A stretch of 61,186 bases of DNA, filler included, from Basidiobolus ranarum (lineage: Eukaryota), in assembly GCA_040143965.1 (NCBI GenBank). It is 20 parts of 20 records of this genome, joined end to end, with 100 filler letters (N's around TTAATTAATTAA, not from the genome) between each part and the next. Parts side by side here need not be neighbours in the genome. Positions count along the whole stretch, not along the records: positions 12,312 to 15,284 come from JASJQH010002819.1; positions 15,385 to 18,354 come from JASJQH010002820.1; positions 18,455 to 21,422 come from JASJQH010002821.1; positions 21,523 to 24,487 come from JASJQH010002822.1; 16 more parts are not named here. One strand, written 5' to 3'. Under the pieces are notes generated by a model. That model searched no databases and was not told the DNA's origin. It was given only the letters and a program-made list of their open reading frames with translations. Position numbers and translations under genes: made by a program. The stretch's first letter is position 1. Every line of letters starts with the position of its first letter. Of the stretch, positions 12,312 through 24,587 are shown one piece after another.

Positions 12312-12908
12312 ACCGCGCTCGTACTCGTTATCATACTCATCTTGTTCATATTGACGGCCATAACGAGAGCGAGGATAGTTCTGCTGACCATTTCTGCGAG
12401 ACACACCACGTTCGTACTCGTTATCATACTCATCTTGCTCGTATTGACGGCCATAACGAGAGCGAGGATAGTTCTGTTGACCATTTCTGCGAGAGACACC
12501 ACGTTCGTACTCGTTGTTATACTCATCTTGCTCGTATTGACGGCCATAACGAGAGCGAGGATAGTTTTGTTGACCATTTCTGCGGGAGATACCACGTTCG
12601 TACTCGTTATCATACTCATCTTGCTCGTATTGACGGCCATAACGAGAGCGAGGATAGTTTTGTTGACCATTTCTGCGGGAGATACCACGTTCGTATTCGT
12701 TATCGTACTCGTCTTGTTCATATTGACGACCATAACGAGAGCGAGGATAGTTTTGTTGACCATTTCTGCGGGAGATACCACGTTCGTACTCGTTATCATA
12801 CTCATCATGCTCGTACTGACGACCATAGCGAGAGTTGTTTTGCTGATCACTTCTGCGAGTCAAACCTCTCTCGAAGCGGCTTTGTGATTGATGTTGTTTA
12901 GAGGGCAT
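12312..12908 (-). CDS. Tandem-repeat protein with 30-aa unit RG(I/V)SRRNGQQNYPRSRYGRQYEQDEYDNEYE, 3' truncated
   Basis: 90-nt unit repeated more than five times. Differences between units are mostly synonymous in this frame (CAA/CAG, TAC/TAT, GAG/GAA, TCC/TCT). ATG at 12908. Confidence 0.75.
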
Positions 12909-14951
12909 GTTAGAAAATGGTGTTAATGACTATCAAATGAATCGGTATTCAAGTGTAGTGATATAATTTCTCGCTGTTCCGTTTTATAATAAGAAGTGGC
13001 TTAGAAAATTGACTTGTGAAGGCTAAGCCACCATCTGGAGGAATTACTTCTCAGGCAATACGCAATAATTTCTAAAAATCACTTGTATATTCTGATATAG
13101 ATGATCCTATTCCTAATCTCTTCACATCGGTATATAGCTATATTGCCAGTATCACCTCATATCATACGAAGGATGTATGATTAACAATATCTCGATAATG
13201 ATCCATTTGTGCAGCCACATTTTATTTATCACTAAATAGTAACGATACAACTGAGACTCGTGTATTTAGAGATCTCTTGTAGTGTATTTTCGTTAACTTA
13301 TAGATATATGATTCAAGATATCGAGTCAGGTGAAGCTTGCGCTCGAAAGGGTCAATTTTAGGTTAAGATCTGAATCCTTTATTCTTTAAACAGCAACCGA
13401 ATTTTCTAACTACAAAATTCTTTTGCTTTATATCGTATTCTACATATTGAAAATAAATATTTATACTTATATCAGAAATAAAGAAGAGTAACAACAGTCA
13501 TATGTTCTTAGGATACTAAAGATGTTTGGGAGGAGGAAATTTTGGACAAGTTTGAAAATTCTATCTTTTCTCAATATTTCTGAGGTATACAAACTTTGTC
13601 AGTCGATTCATTGCAGAACCTACTAAAATTCACTCCAATATCGAGTTTTATTCCTGGGAGTTTGCTGACAAATGTGCAGTCCACACTAGAAGCAACATTT
13701 GGAAAATTACTTCCTAAGACATTTACATGTCCTTCTTCTTTAAGCGCTGCTTTGTAGACTGTATGTAGTTCTGCATCCTCTTTCTTGACCAACCATGGAT
13801 AGTACTCTAGAAAGTTTTTTAGTAAATACCTTTCTTACTACAAACTCGGATAGTAGTTCATGGATACTAGTTTCTTCTCTTACTAGTTATCATGTTCTCT
13901 CTGCTACTGATACTCGTAGCTCAAGCAAGAATGGTTTCCAGATTGGCGATTACAGGCGATATTGAGGATGTGGAGAGTTTAAATGTTATGTGTGTTCAGA
14001 AAATTAGTCGAACATACGTACATGGTGGTTTGTTTGAACCCTTTATAATAAAGATGTTATGTAGTGATATACTCGAAAGCCAAGCCACCCTCCTTGACAC
14101 AAAATGGATTAGAATTCGTCATAAATTCCCAAAATTTGCAAATAAATGATCTCGCAATAACACAATTAATTTCATCTATTTTATGGTGAAGATTACTAAT
14201 GTGCTAAATCCTCTGTATTGGAGTGTTCGAGAAAAGCCACTATTTCTTTATTACTAATAAAGGGATGTATCCAGGAACAATTTCAACCACATCTGTTAAT
14301 AAAATGACAAGACTCCCTAAACCTTGCCGTTGTATCTGATTGGCTCTCTCTAAATGAGCTTACTAAGATCTCTAATATCTGTACCAGGAATTGGGATTGA
14401 AATCTCTGACTTTGATTCTCAAAGCTTAACCATATCCAATACTAATGCATAACAAGGCTTATAAAAGTGATAAGCTGGAATTCCTGGTATTATCTACTAT
14501 TGATCGTAAAGATTTACCCTGTGGTCGAAATGTTCTCCGTGGACCAACAATTTGCTGTTAATTTAAAAATATGTGGGCTGAAATGACATAGTTCCATAAG
14601 AACAATTATTGCAGCCTCAAGAAGCTGCTCATTTATTGCTAACCCTACAATGCTAACTTCATAACTATTCACTTTCATATCCATGTGTTTGTAGCTACTC
14701 GTCTATTTGAAAAAAAAATTAGGACCAACTTGAAAACCTGGGGCTGTAACATTCAAGATAAGCAGAAATGCCTAATGCACAGAGATGATAAACAAACCAA
14801 AAAAAATCACAATCTTGCTTGAAGAGCATCAAGAACGAGGGATTGCATAAAAATCTTGATTTCCACTTCAACCCACATGGATTCACATTATTCTAATTAC
14901 GTTAAATAGTGGGCCGCTCCGAATCGAATTTCTCCAATAACTATCTCAACA

Positions 14952-15284
14952 ATGAAATACTCAATTGCTCAACTCTTACTTATCCTCTCTGCAGTTCTAG
15001 CTATAAATGCCAGCGTGACTGAACGGTCGTACGATCCAAGCTATAATGGAGTAGGATACGGTGGCTCAGGTGGAGGAAGAACAAAGAAATACGGAGGAGG
15101 TGGTGGACATGTAGATTACGATGAATACGATGGTAACGGTCATGGAAGAGGGAAAAAGTATGGCGGTAATGGTGATGGCGATGACTATGATGATGAATAT
15201 GATGGACATGGGGACGGAGGTGACTACAAGCATGGAGGTGGAAGAGGAAGAAAATACAGCAGCGGCGGTGGTGGTGATGACTAT
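14952..15284 (+). CDS. Secreted Gly/Tyr/Asp-rich repeat protein, 3' truncated
   Basis: Signal-peptide-like MKYSIAQLLLILSAVLAINA, followed by GR(T/G)(K/R)KY motifs alternating with DYDDEYD-type blocks. Confidence 0.8.
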
Positions 15285-17509
15285 NNNNNNNNNNNNNNNN
15301 NNNNNNNNNNNNNNNNNNNNNNNNNNNNTTAATTAATTAANNNNNNNNNNNNNNNNNNNNNNNNNNNNNNNNNNNNNNNNNNNNCAAAGTTGCTTGTAAA
15401 TGAACATATCAGCCATAAGCAGTCAACAATGTAAGAGTCAACATGATTGCCATATCTTTATTGCAGTCTTTGAAGCCATCCACAATGGTTGTTGAGATGT
15501 ATATGACAAAGATCATTGGCTGCAAAATTCTTAAACAAAAATGCTCACTCACTCTTCACCATTGGCTAAGGTAGCAACAATCCTAGACTTGATGAAATGG
15601 AATGTGAATTTTGAGCTAAGTGTTTGATTAAGTTGACTTGTTGATTCTTCATTAAAAGTTATGATTTCAGCAATCTACAACCAACATCTACATGATTTGA
15701 TATTTCTGTATGATGTCACATTTATATAAATTATGCTGAAAGATCTGAACTTCCATCATTGATGTGACTGGAATACTAGCTTGGTGTTAGTGTGGATAGT
15801 GTAATTGACCCATACATAACTTTGTTATTTTTTTGATAGTTCAGCCTGATCATCACATCATCCTTCCACTTCTTTGCAATGGTTGTGCTGCTTTGTAAAG
15901 TTGTCATTGCTTCTTCAACTGTGATACATCCACCATATTCTTTACACCAGCTTAACAATCATGTGCTACAATTAGCTACTCATAGCAGCTTAAGTGTTAG
16001 TTAGGTTATGCAATATTCAGTATTATCAGTATATCAGTATTATAAGTACCATCATTTATTCAGATATCAATCAGCATTAGTCAGTACTCATATGATATTC
16101 CAGTTGTTAGTAGTATTAGGTCACATGATAGTCTTATGATCATATTCCTTGAGAGGTCACTTGTTCATATCCCTTGCCTGCTAGTTGGTCACATGATCAT
16201 CTTGACTGTGCCTCCCTAATATATCAGCTGAATGCTATGCTGGCCTAGGATATTTTGGCTAAGGACTGTGCAACTCATTGTGATGTAGCTAAATCCTGAT
16301 ATAGTAATCAGTGGATGAGCCATTACTCATCTAGTCTATCAATCTGCATATAAATAAATGAGTCTCTCCATCAATAAACTGCAGTTCAGTCTTTGTGAAT
16401 ACAATACTAGCTCACTCAACCTCATATCATTCTTAGGTACTTAAGAATAATATAACTTGTGTTAGTTTTTGTCACTCAAATTATTGGTGCTAGATCAACT
16501 GAAAAAGACTGTCATTGTTGCAAACTAGAGCTAAGATGCATCAATCACAGACATTTTATATGGTGGGAACTACTTGAGCAACTACAGTACATATAAACAG
16601 TGATCACAATCATCAATGGCCACATCTTAAAACAATGTGGCACTAATCAAGATGAGTAAGTTTTTGTAACTCTAAGATCTAGACCAGTGTAAGAAATTTG
16701 CAATCTGTAGCTTAAGAAATAAACTCATAGTAACAATCAGATCAGAAGTGCTAGAAACAGCAACTAGTTGATACAAGTTCTATTATATGATATAGTCAAT
16801 TTCTCTTCTCTAGTTAATGGACATTAGGCTCAAACTGAAAGAAACTAAAGATTCTTGAGTGAATCTTACACACTTTGCCAGAGTTAGCAAGTGATTAAAG
16901 ACAAAAATAGATGTAAGTTAATAAGCCGCAGGATATGAAAAGGTGTTAAATAAGTATCTGGTCTGGTTTTAGTTAAACCTTTTTTATCAAGCATTCCCTA
17001 TGAGCAGGTTTTTTCATATATTGCAACCTCCATTTTGGCACAAATTTGAGGTCATAGCCAAAGTGTTATTTGCATGGAGTATCAGTTTTCTCTTTAAATT
17101 CAATGTTCTGGAGCTAAGATAACTATACAATATCATCTCATGCATCCAGTACCATAAGCAGTTATTGATGGTATGATAACTAAATCAAGCACTTGAAGAG
17201 ATAAACTTGTAACAATTGTTCCAGATTCAGATATGTGATCTAGATACATAATGTAGCAAGTTTCTGAGTTACAAGTTCGTTTGCAAGTTGAAGTTTGGCC
17301 CTCTAAAATGGAATATTTAAATGGCTTCTTGAAGTTTCCAATAAATCTAGCAACACTACATGGGTTTACAGAACCAACAAATGTTTTGCATAACAGTTCA
17401 ATGCAATACACCAACAACATTCCTGTTAGAAGTCACATAATGAAAAGCCAACTAATATACAATCATTCAAGTCATATAGGCTAAGCAATAAATACTTGTA
17501 GTGTGTAGT

Positions 17510-18354
17510 CACCACACCCTTTGTTATTTGTCAGTAAGCTCTAGTAGCGCATAGACTGTGTTTCAAGTGTTTCCCATACCAGTTGATTCTTACTGCTATA
17601 CCTTTGTTGTTTGTCACCAGTCTTTAGCACTACATACACTTTGCTTTTGATGTGTCACATAACACTTGTTTTTGGGCACCATACCTTGCATTGTTTGTCA
17701 GTATTTTTTAGCACTGCATAACCTCTACTTTTAGTGCTTTTCATATGGTGTGTTTCTTGGCACCATTCCCAGCATCATATGTAGGCAGTCTTTAGCAATC
17801 CAAAGACTCTCCTCTTGGTGCTTCTCACATGGTGTGTTTCTTGGCACCATACATTTCATTATTTGGCAGTATTCTTTAGCTCTGATTATATTCTCCTTTC
17901 AGTGCTTCCCATACGGCATGTTTCTTGGCATCAAATATTTTATCATTTGACAGTATTCTGTAGTTCTACGTAGACTTTCCTTTTAGTATGTCCCAAAAAG
18001 TTTGCCACTTGGCACAATTCCCACAGTCATATGTAGGCAGTCTTGAGCCCTACAAAGACTCTACTTTTAGTGCTTCCCATATGGTGTGCTTCTTGGCACC
18101 ATATATTTCTTTATTTGACAATATTCTTTAGCTCTGCGTATACTCTCCTTTCAGTGCTTCCCATATGGCGTGTTTCTTTGCACCATACCTTTTGCTATTG
18201 GACAGTACTCCTTAGCACTGATCAGCCTCTCCTTTTAGTGCTTCCATTACCGCCTATTTATGGACACCATACCTTGCGTCGTTTGTTGGTATTTTTTAGC
18301 ACTGCGTAGCCTCTCCTTTTAGTGCTTCCCATACAGCGTGTTTCTTGGCACCAT
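17510..18354. repeat. Degenerate tandem repeat with ~84-bp unit, about 10 copies
   Basis: TTGGCACCAT-like anchors recur about every 84 nt (near 17758, 17841, 17925, 18009, 18093, 18178, 18262, 18346); core TTTTAGTGCTTCCCATATGG. Confidence 0.8.
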
Positions 18355-18454
18355 NNNNNNNNNNNNNNNNNNNNNNNNNNNNNNNNNNNNNNNNNNNNTT
18401 AATTAATTAANNNNNNNNNNNNNNNNNNNNNNNNNNNNNNNNNNNNNNNNNNNN

Positions 18455-19199
18455 GGTAATGGAGCCATAACTTGGAATAGTAAGAAGCAACCAACCGTAG
18501 CACTTTCCACTACAGAAGCAGAGTATATGGCTGCCTCTGCTACTACACAAGAAGCTATGAGGTTAAGGAAGTTATTTACAGACTTAGGATACATGCAAAA
18601 ATGTGCTATTACTATTTTTGAAGATAATCAAAGTTGTATTTCATCAGCTAAAAACCCTACATTTCATGCTACAACAAAACATATAGATATTATGCATCAT
18701 TTTGTTAGAGAAGCAACAGAGAATGATATAATTGAACTTGTCTATTGCCCTACTGAAGAAATGATAGCAGATATCCTAACCAAACCCTCAGCTAAAGCAC
18801 AATTTAAACTATTAAGATATAAGTTAGGTTTAAGGGAAATACAAAGTCATATGTTGAGTGGGAATGTTGAAATTAGGTAAACAGCAACTCACTATTTAGT
18901 AGTTAATTTAATCATATTCTGATTATTTAGTGCCAAATTCTGTCATTTGAAAACATGTGTTTATTGCTCTAATTGATGGATATATCAATTAGATCACTTT
19001 TTCCAATTTTCACTATTCACTCAAATCTTCTCCAAATCACCTCAAATTTTCACCCATGATTAACAGGCATGTTTTTTATGATCTAAGCATGCCCAATAGT
19101 CCTATTTCACAGTAAACTATAAATAGGACATATTAAATTCTAATTCACAAATCCAAATCTTGTTGAAAACACTTCCAAATCCCCTAAACACTTTTATCA
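18455..19199 (+). mobile_element. Ty1/copia 3' end: RNase H, PPT and 3' LTR (18865-19199)
   Basis: SKKQPTVALSTTEAEYMA..EDNQSCI..TKHIDIMHHFVRE..MIADILTKP; PPT GAGTGGGAA 18856-18864; LTR of the same family as 6640-6991. Confidence 0.92.
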
Positions 19200-21026
19200 T
19201 ATTCATCTTTACCTAAGGCTGATAAACTAGGCTATTCCCATCTGGCTGAGCTTTGATACTATGCTTGGCACTACTCTTTTTGGATATGAATGTGTCTAAA
19301 AAAGCTTCCATCTTGCTATCCCACACTCTCAGAGATTGCTCCATGCTGTGAAGTGTTTTCAGAATATGCAAGCATGGTTGGGGTTTCTAAGTACACATGT
19401 CCATCCAGATGGTCCATTTAGCTCTGCTCAACAAACTCATGGCTCATAAAATGCCATTTAATGACACTCTTATTGTAACATAAGCTACTATTCAGCTAAT
19501 AATATTAAATTTATTACAACTGAATTAAACTTGCCTACTAGAATTAAAGCATTAATAAGTTCTCCTGGTGTTTGGAATAGCCTTTGACTACTATTCTAAT
19601 CTTATATCTTTCTATTTAGCTATCACAGATGTGTTTGACTTGCAAACCTATTGGCAACCAATTATTTTTCTATGATAAGACAAGTTGATTTTCTATCATC
19701 AGATAAGTTGTTCAAAATCCAAATTTGGCTATCAGTCATGGGCTAGCACTCATCAGCCATTGTGGATCTCCAAAATTCTGCATGAGGGCCATTCAAGGCC
19801 TCTTCTACAGTCTGGTGCTTATGTAGTTGAGCCATCAATGCATAAGCTTGATATTGAGACTCATAGATAGAGTAATTGGGTTTTTTCCAATTCAATTCAA
19901 CCTCCTGGTATGGGATAAGGGTGATACAGCATCTGGAAATTTGCATTTCTTACTATTTGGATCAATGTTAGGCCAGTTAAGGGTTTGATACAAACAATGC
20001 AGCCAAAGATTTTAAATGCTTTACTTTGGGTGTAACTACAAACCAAGCTTGATATGATATGGAGTTAGGCAGACATCCAGCAATATTCCTATTTTCCAGA
20101 TAGACCACTATAGCAGTGTATTCCATCTAAAAACATGGCAAAATATTTTACATATAGCATAGATCTTGTCATTTTGATTATTGCCCTGTTGCCTCTTGCA
20201 GGAACTTCATTTTGCAGAGGTGAATAGAATGCAGTGGTTTTGAGCTTAATTCTATGAACTTTGTAAAAATGATTAAATGGCTTTAAAGTGTGGTCTCCAC
20301 CCTTATCTGTAAGTGATTTGTGGCTGCAAATTGAGCTACAGTCAATGCAAAAGCTTTGATATTTCTAAAAATAGCCTCTTATTTCCTCTCCATAAAGTGG
20401 ACCCAGCTGTTTTGTGTATAATCATTAATAAATCTGGTGTAATATCTTTTTCTACCAAGACATAAATTATGCATATGTTCACACAAATTGAAATGCTTTA
20501 AATCCAACATTTTGACAAATTGGGTTTGCCCAAGCTCTTGAGCAGTTACCTGGCTTGTTTTTCCAATAAACTACCCTAACAAATTTTCATTTTGGTTGAG
20601 GCTCTTGATTTGAACTCCAGAAATCAAGTAATCAAATTAAATATTGCCAAATCTCCTGTGCCATGATTGAATAGTTTCCTGCTTGCAATAATCTATATTT
20701 ACACATATGCTTTTTTGATCATATGTAAGCTTATATAAGCTTTGATCAGGTGTCCTCAAAGCTGAATGATTCCAATATTGATCAGTGATGGTACATCCTA
20801 ACTTATTACACTTCAATTTGTGCCCTTCTGATAGGGTCTTACATATATATATTTAGTACTTCAGAATATTAGGAATATTTAGTCATCAGTAAAAGTATTT
20901 GCTTTATCTATGGAAGCAGAAGTTGCATTGACTTGATCTGTTCCTATTCCAATGGCATCCAATAATTATTCATCTCCAATAAAACATTTCTAATTGAGAT
21001 CTCTTCACAATACTCAAGACACTATT
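19200..21026 (-). mobile_element. Heavily decayed Ty1/copia pol remnant
   Basis: Fragment VEEALNGPHAEFWRSTMADE plus integrase and RT traces; interrupted by a CACTA end at 21027. Confidence 0.6.
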
Positions 21027-21422
21027 CCCTAACAAAAATAAAATCAATTTGATCCAGATCAGATCCACCCTTCAAAATATCAAAACCATCAGAGAACCAT
21101 CACAATATTGTTGGCTTGCATTCTGCCAGGGATTTTGATGGTGTGACAGTGGTTTCTAGACTGTGTCTTAATGGTATTCAAACATGTTAAAATGTTGATC
21201 CTCCAATTTGGCATGTGTTATTCAATATCCAGCAACTTTTACAAACATATGATTTTCTAACGGCAAATTACTGGGTTTATTGCTGTAGGAATTTGAATTA
21301 ATATGCATGCCTTTATTTAGATATTTTAGGCTTGGTATTCCAGTCATAATAGTATCAAAAAATACTAGAATCTTGTTGTGTTTAGCCTCTACATATGCAC
21401 ATATTTGACTGATTAGACAGAA
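21027..21422 (-). mobile_element. CACTA/CMC element terminus
   Basis: CCCTAACAAAAATAAAATCAATTTGATCC, homologous to the termini at 22623, 23227, 48214 and (inverted) 60510. Confidence 0.65.
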
Positions 21423-21522
21423 NNNNNNNNNNNNNNNNNNNNNNNNNNNNNNNNNNNNNNNNNNNNTTAATTAATTAANNNNNNNNNNNNNNNNNNNNNN
21501 NNNNNNNNNNNNNNNNNNNNNN

Positions 21523-22120
21523 CTAATTTAGCCTTTTCTGATGAGCCCAAATCAGTACAGGAGGCTATGGAGAGTCCCAACACAAAGTTTTGGAGTGCTG
21601 CAATGGCATAGGAGTAGCACACACTCCTTGATAAGCAAACTTTGGTTTAGTTACCAGATGACCAAAAATCAATTGGATTCAAATAGGTATTTAGAGTTAA
21701 ACAGCAAGCTGACAGATCTGCAGAAAGATATAAAGCCAGACCTGTGCCTAAAGGATACTCTCAAATGGAAGGAGTGGACAACAATGAAACATTTGCTCCT
21801 GTAGCAAAGTTTAAAACTATCAGAACCATAATAGCAGTGGCAGCAAAACACTGCCTAAAAATCCATCAAATGGATGTTGAAAATGCATTTTTCAATAGGG
21901 AGTTGGAAATGGATATATTCATTGATCAACCAGATGGTTTTGTGGATCCTGAGAACCCTGAGGATGTGTGTAAGCTACAAAAATCACCTTATGGACTTAA
22001 GCAATCACCCAGGGCCTGATACACTAAGATACACACACACTTGGAATCACTTGACTTCCAAAAGAGTATGGCAGATTATGGAATCTACTTTAAGACAGAT
22101 AAGGAGAGTAAGGTGATACT
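21523..22120 (+). mobile_element. Ty1/copia reverse transcriptase fragment
   Basis: KGYSQMEGVDNNETFAPVAKFKTIR..IHQMDVENAF..DQPDGF..YGLKQSPRA. Confidence 0.9.
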
Positions 22121-22622
22121 TGGAGTCACAGTTTGCATTGGGCCACAAAAGTCTGTATGAACAAGATCCAATAGGTCTCTGGCTCTGCTTGCTCCTTCAT
22201 TTGGAAATGGTTTGCTGGTGAATTACCCTTAAATATAGCTTTCAAATTTGTCATTATCTGAGTGCTTGAGATCCTTTCCAGTACATAGGCTATTTTTAAA
22301 TAGTAGTTTCACACTATTCTAGTTTAGAAGACCCAAGCACAGATGCCAAGTCCTCCTGTTTCCAGAAGTACTTGTTGCAAAGCCAAAACAGTCTCAGTTG
22401 TTGGTGCACTATCAAGCTGATATATATTCACAATTCCTGTTCCAGTTGTTGCTATCAAGTCCTTTGATTGGTATTGGGTTGCTTTTCCTTGATTGTATTT
22501 GACATCATAATGTTTCTTTTGAATTGCTCCATTTGAAAATATGTTTGTTATAAATGATGGAATATATGAGACATCTTTCAAGGTTACCATTACAATTTTG
22601 GTTTTACTTCCTTGCAAGTCAA
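22121..22622 (-). mobile_element. Ty1/copia protease/GAG-pre-integrase fragment
   Basis: TLKDVSYIPSFITNIFS...NIYQL and a DLVHTDFCGPMQT-like remnant near 22130-22170. Confidence 0.6.
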
Positions 22623-24487
22623 CCCTGACATAAGTAATTTTGATTTGATCCAGATTGGAACCACCACTCTGGATTGTAAAGCCATCAGAGAACACATCAC
22701 AAAATTGGTGGCTTGCATTCTGACAGGGATTTTGATGATGAGATGGCAGCTTCTTTATATTATTTTGACAGTATTTACACATGGTAAAATATTGATCATC
22801 ATATTTGCATGTGTTATTTAATCTTCAACAATTTTTGCAAAAAAATATTTCTCAAATGGCAAATTACTGGATTTACTGCTAAAAGATTTTGATATTAATA
22901 TGCATGCCTTTATTTAGTTATTTTAGGCTTTGTATTCCAGCTATAATGAGAATCAAAAGATACAACAATCTTGTTGTGTTTAGTCTCTACATATACACAT
23001 ACTTGACTGATCAGACATAACTCAACAATGACAATATGATTTACTAGCAAACTAATGGTGGAACAATTGCTAAATATCTGAATGTCTCAAATAGTATTCA
23101 CACTCAGCAAATAGCTGACTCTTGTTACTGCCTACAGTGAGAATAAGCTTTGAATTATGGCAAATTTCTGTAAAGAATTCAGCAAAAATATCCCTGACTT
23201 ACAGTCTACAAATATCCTGCCATAAGCCCCAACAAAAATAAAATTAATTCGATCCGGATTGGATTCACCCTTCTGAATTGCAAAACCATCAGAGAACCAT
23301 CACAATATCAGGCTTACATTCTGCCAGGGGTTTTGATTGTGTCATGGTGGCTTCTTCACAGTATCTTGATGGTATCCATACATGTTAAAATATTGATCCT
23401 CATATTGGGCATGCATGATTTAATAATCCAATATTCAAATAGCAAATTCTGGGCTTACTGCAATAGGAATTTACATTAATATGCATTCCTTTATTTAGAT
23501 ATTTTTAGCTTTGTATTCTAGCCATAATGAGAATCAATAAATACAAGAATCTAGTTGTGTTTAGTCCCTACTTATGCACATACATGACTGATCAGAAATA
23601 ACTCAACAACATCAATATGCTTTACCAGCAAACTAATGGTGGAAAAATTGCTAAACATCTTAAATTTTGAATAGCACTGACACTTGACAAATAGCTGACT
23701 CTTGCTACCATTCACAATGTGAATAAGCTCTTGGATTTTGGCAAATTTTTGTAATGAATTCAGCCAAAATATCTGCAACTTGCAATCAACAAATGTCCTG
23801 CCACAAATAGATGTGTCATTGCTTGAATAGATTACCACATGGCTAAAGCAGTAATACTGCATATCTCAATCTATCTCACCAAGAAGCATGTTTTGCAGCT
23901 TTCAGAGAAATACCATCAGATAATCACACAAACAAATCAGACCAAGTTATGGAGGTACTGACTCTGTGTCCTTTGAATGGGCTTTGTTGCTGTTATTGTG
24001 CTCAAATATTGCAAATGCCCATGAGCACATTGAAAAGAGCCCTTTGTTGGCAGGTTAATATACTCTGGAGTCTCCTTAACCCATTGCATTACATCCATTA
24101 CTGATTTTGCTGATACATTGTTAATCAGATTAGCATATGGTAATACTGACAATTTCACATGGAGCATCATTTCACCACAGGTGCACTCCATTGGGAACTC
24201 CCAGAATGTATAGCAAGGGCCTATAATCTCTAAGCATTGTGAAAGATGCAGCAGGGAATGTATTGAATACTGGCATAGAGTCAGTCTATCTACTTTTAAC
24301 CTGTTATAAAGTCTTTCATATCCAATTACAAAATCTTTGCACAATTGCTGTTTATGCCTGAGATCTGCCAATGAGAGTTGATGCCTTGAGAATATATTAA
24401 CAATATTGACAAACAACTCCCAATGTTGCCAATACTTTTCAGGCAGAAATCTTTTCAAAATTCCACTTAAATATATACAAATCCAAT
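22623..24487 (-). mobile_element. Two stacked CACTA/En-Spm 3' portions (termini at 22623 and 23227)
   Basis: ORF 23937-24458 (SIHSLLHLSQCLEIIGPCYTFWEFPMECTCG) resembles the DUF4218-like region of En/Spm transposases; shared subterminal sequence. Confidence 0.75.
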
Positions 24488-24587
24488 NNNNNNNNNNNNN
24501 NNNNNNNNNNNNNNNNNNNNNNNNNNNNNNNTTAATTAATTAANNNNNNNNNNNNNNNNNNNNNNNNNNNNNNNNNNNNNNNNNNNN

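Noticed and set aside
12342-12887. Overlapping hydrophobic + strand ORF and second minus-frame ORF over the 90-nt repeat
   Set aside because: A stop-free repeat unit keeps several frames open; synonymous variation favours the RYGRQYEQDEY frame.
13571-14149. Short ORFs between the two repeat-protein genes
   Set aside because: No recognisable motif, one lacks an ATG start, and I could not build a convincing splice model.
15385-17500. CpG-poor DNA with LTR-like and transposase-like traces
   Set aside because: Probably old TE debris, but too decayed to classify; the same applies to most of 49068-51350.
17510-18354. CRISPR-like array or C2H2 zinc-finger array (28-codon period)
   Set aside because: Eukaryotic context, the whole unit is degenerate with no unique spacers, no cas genes, and no CxxC..HxxxH pattern in the frames I read.
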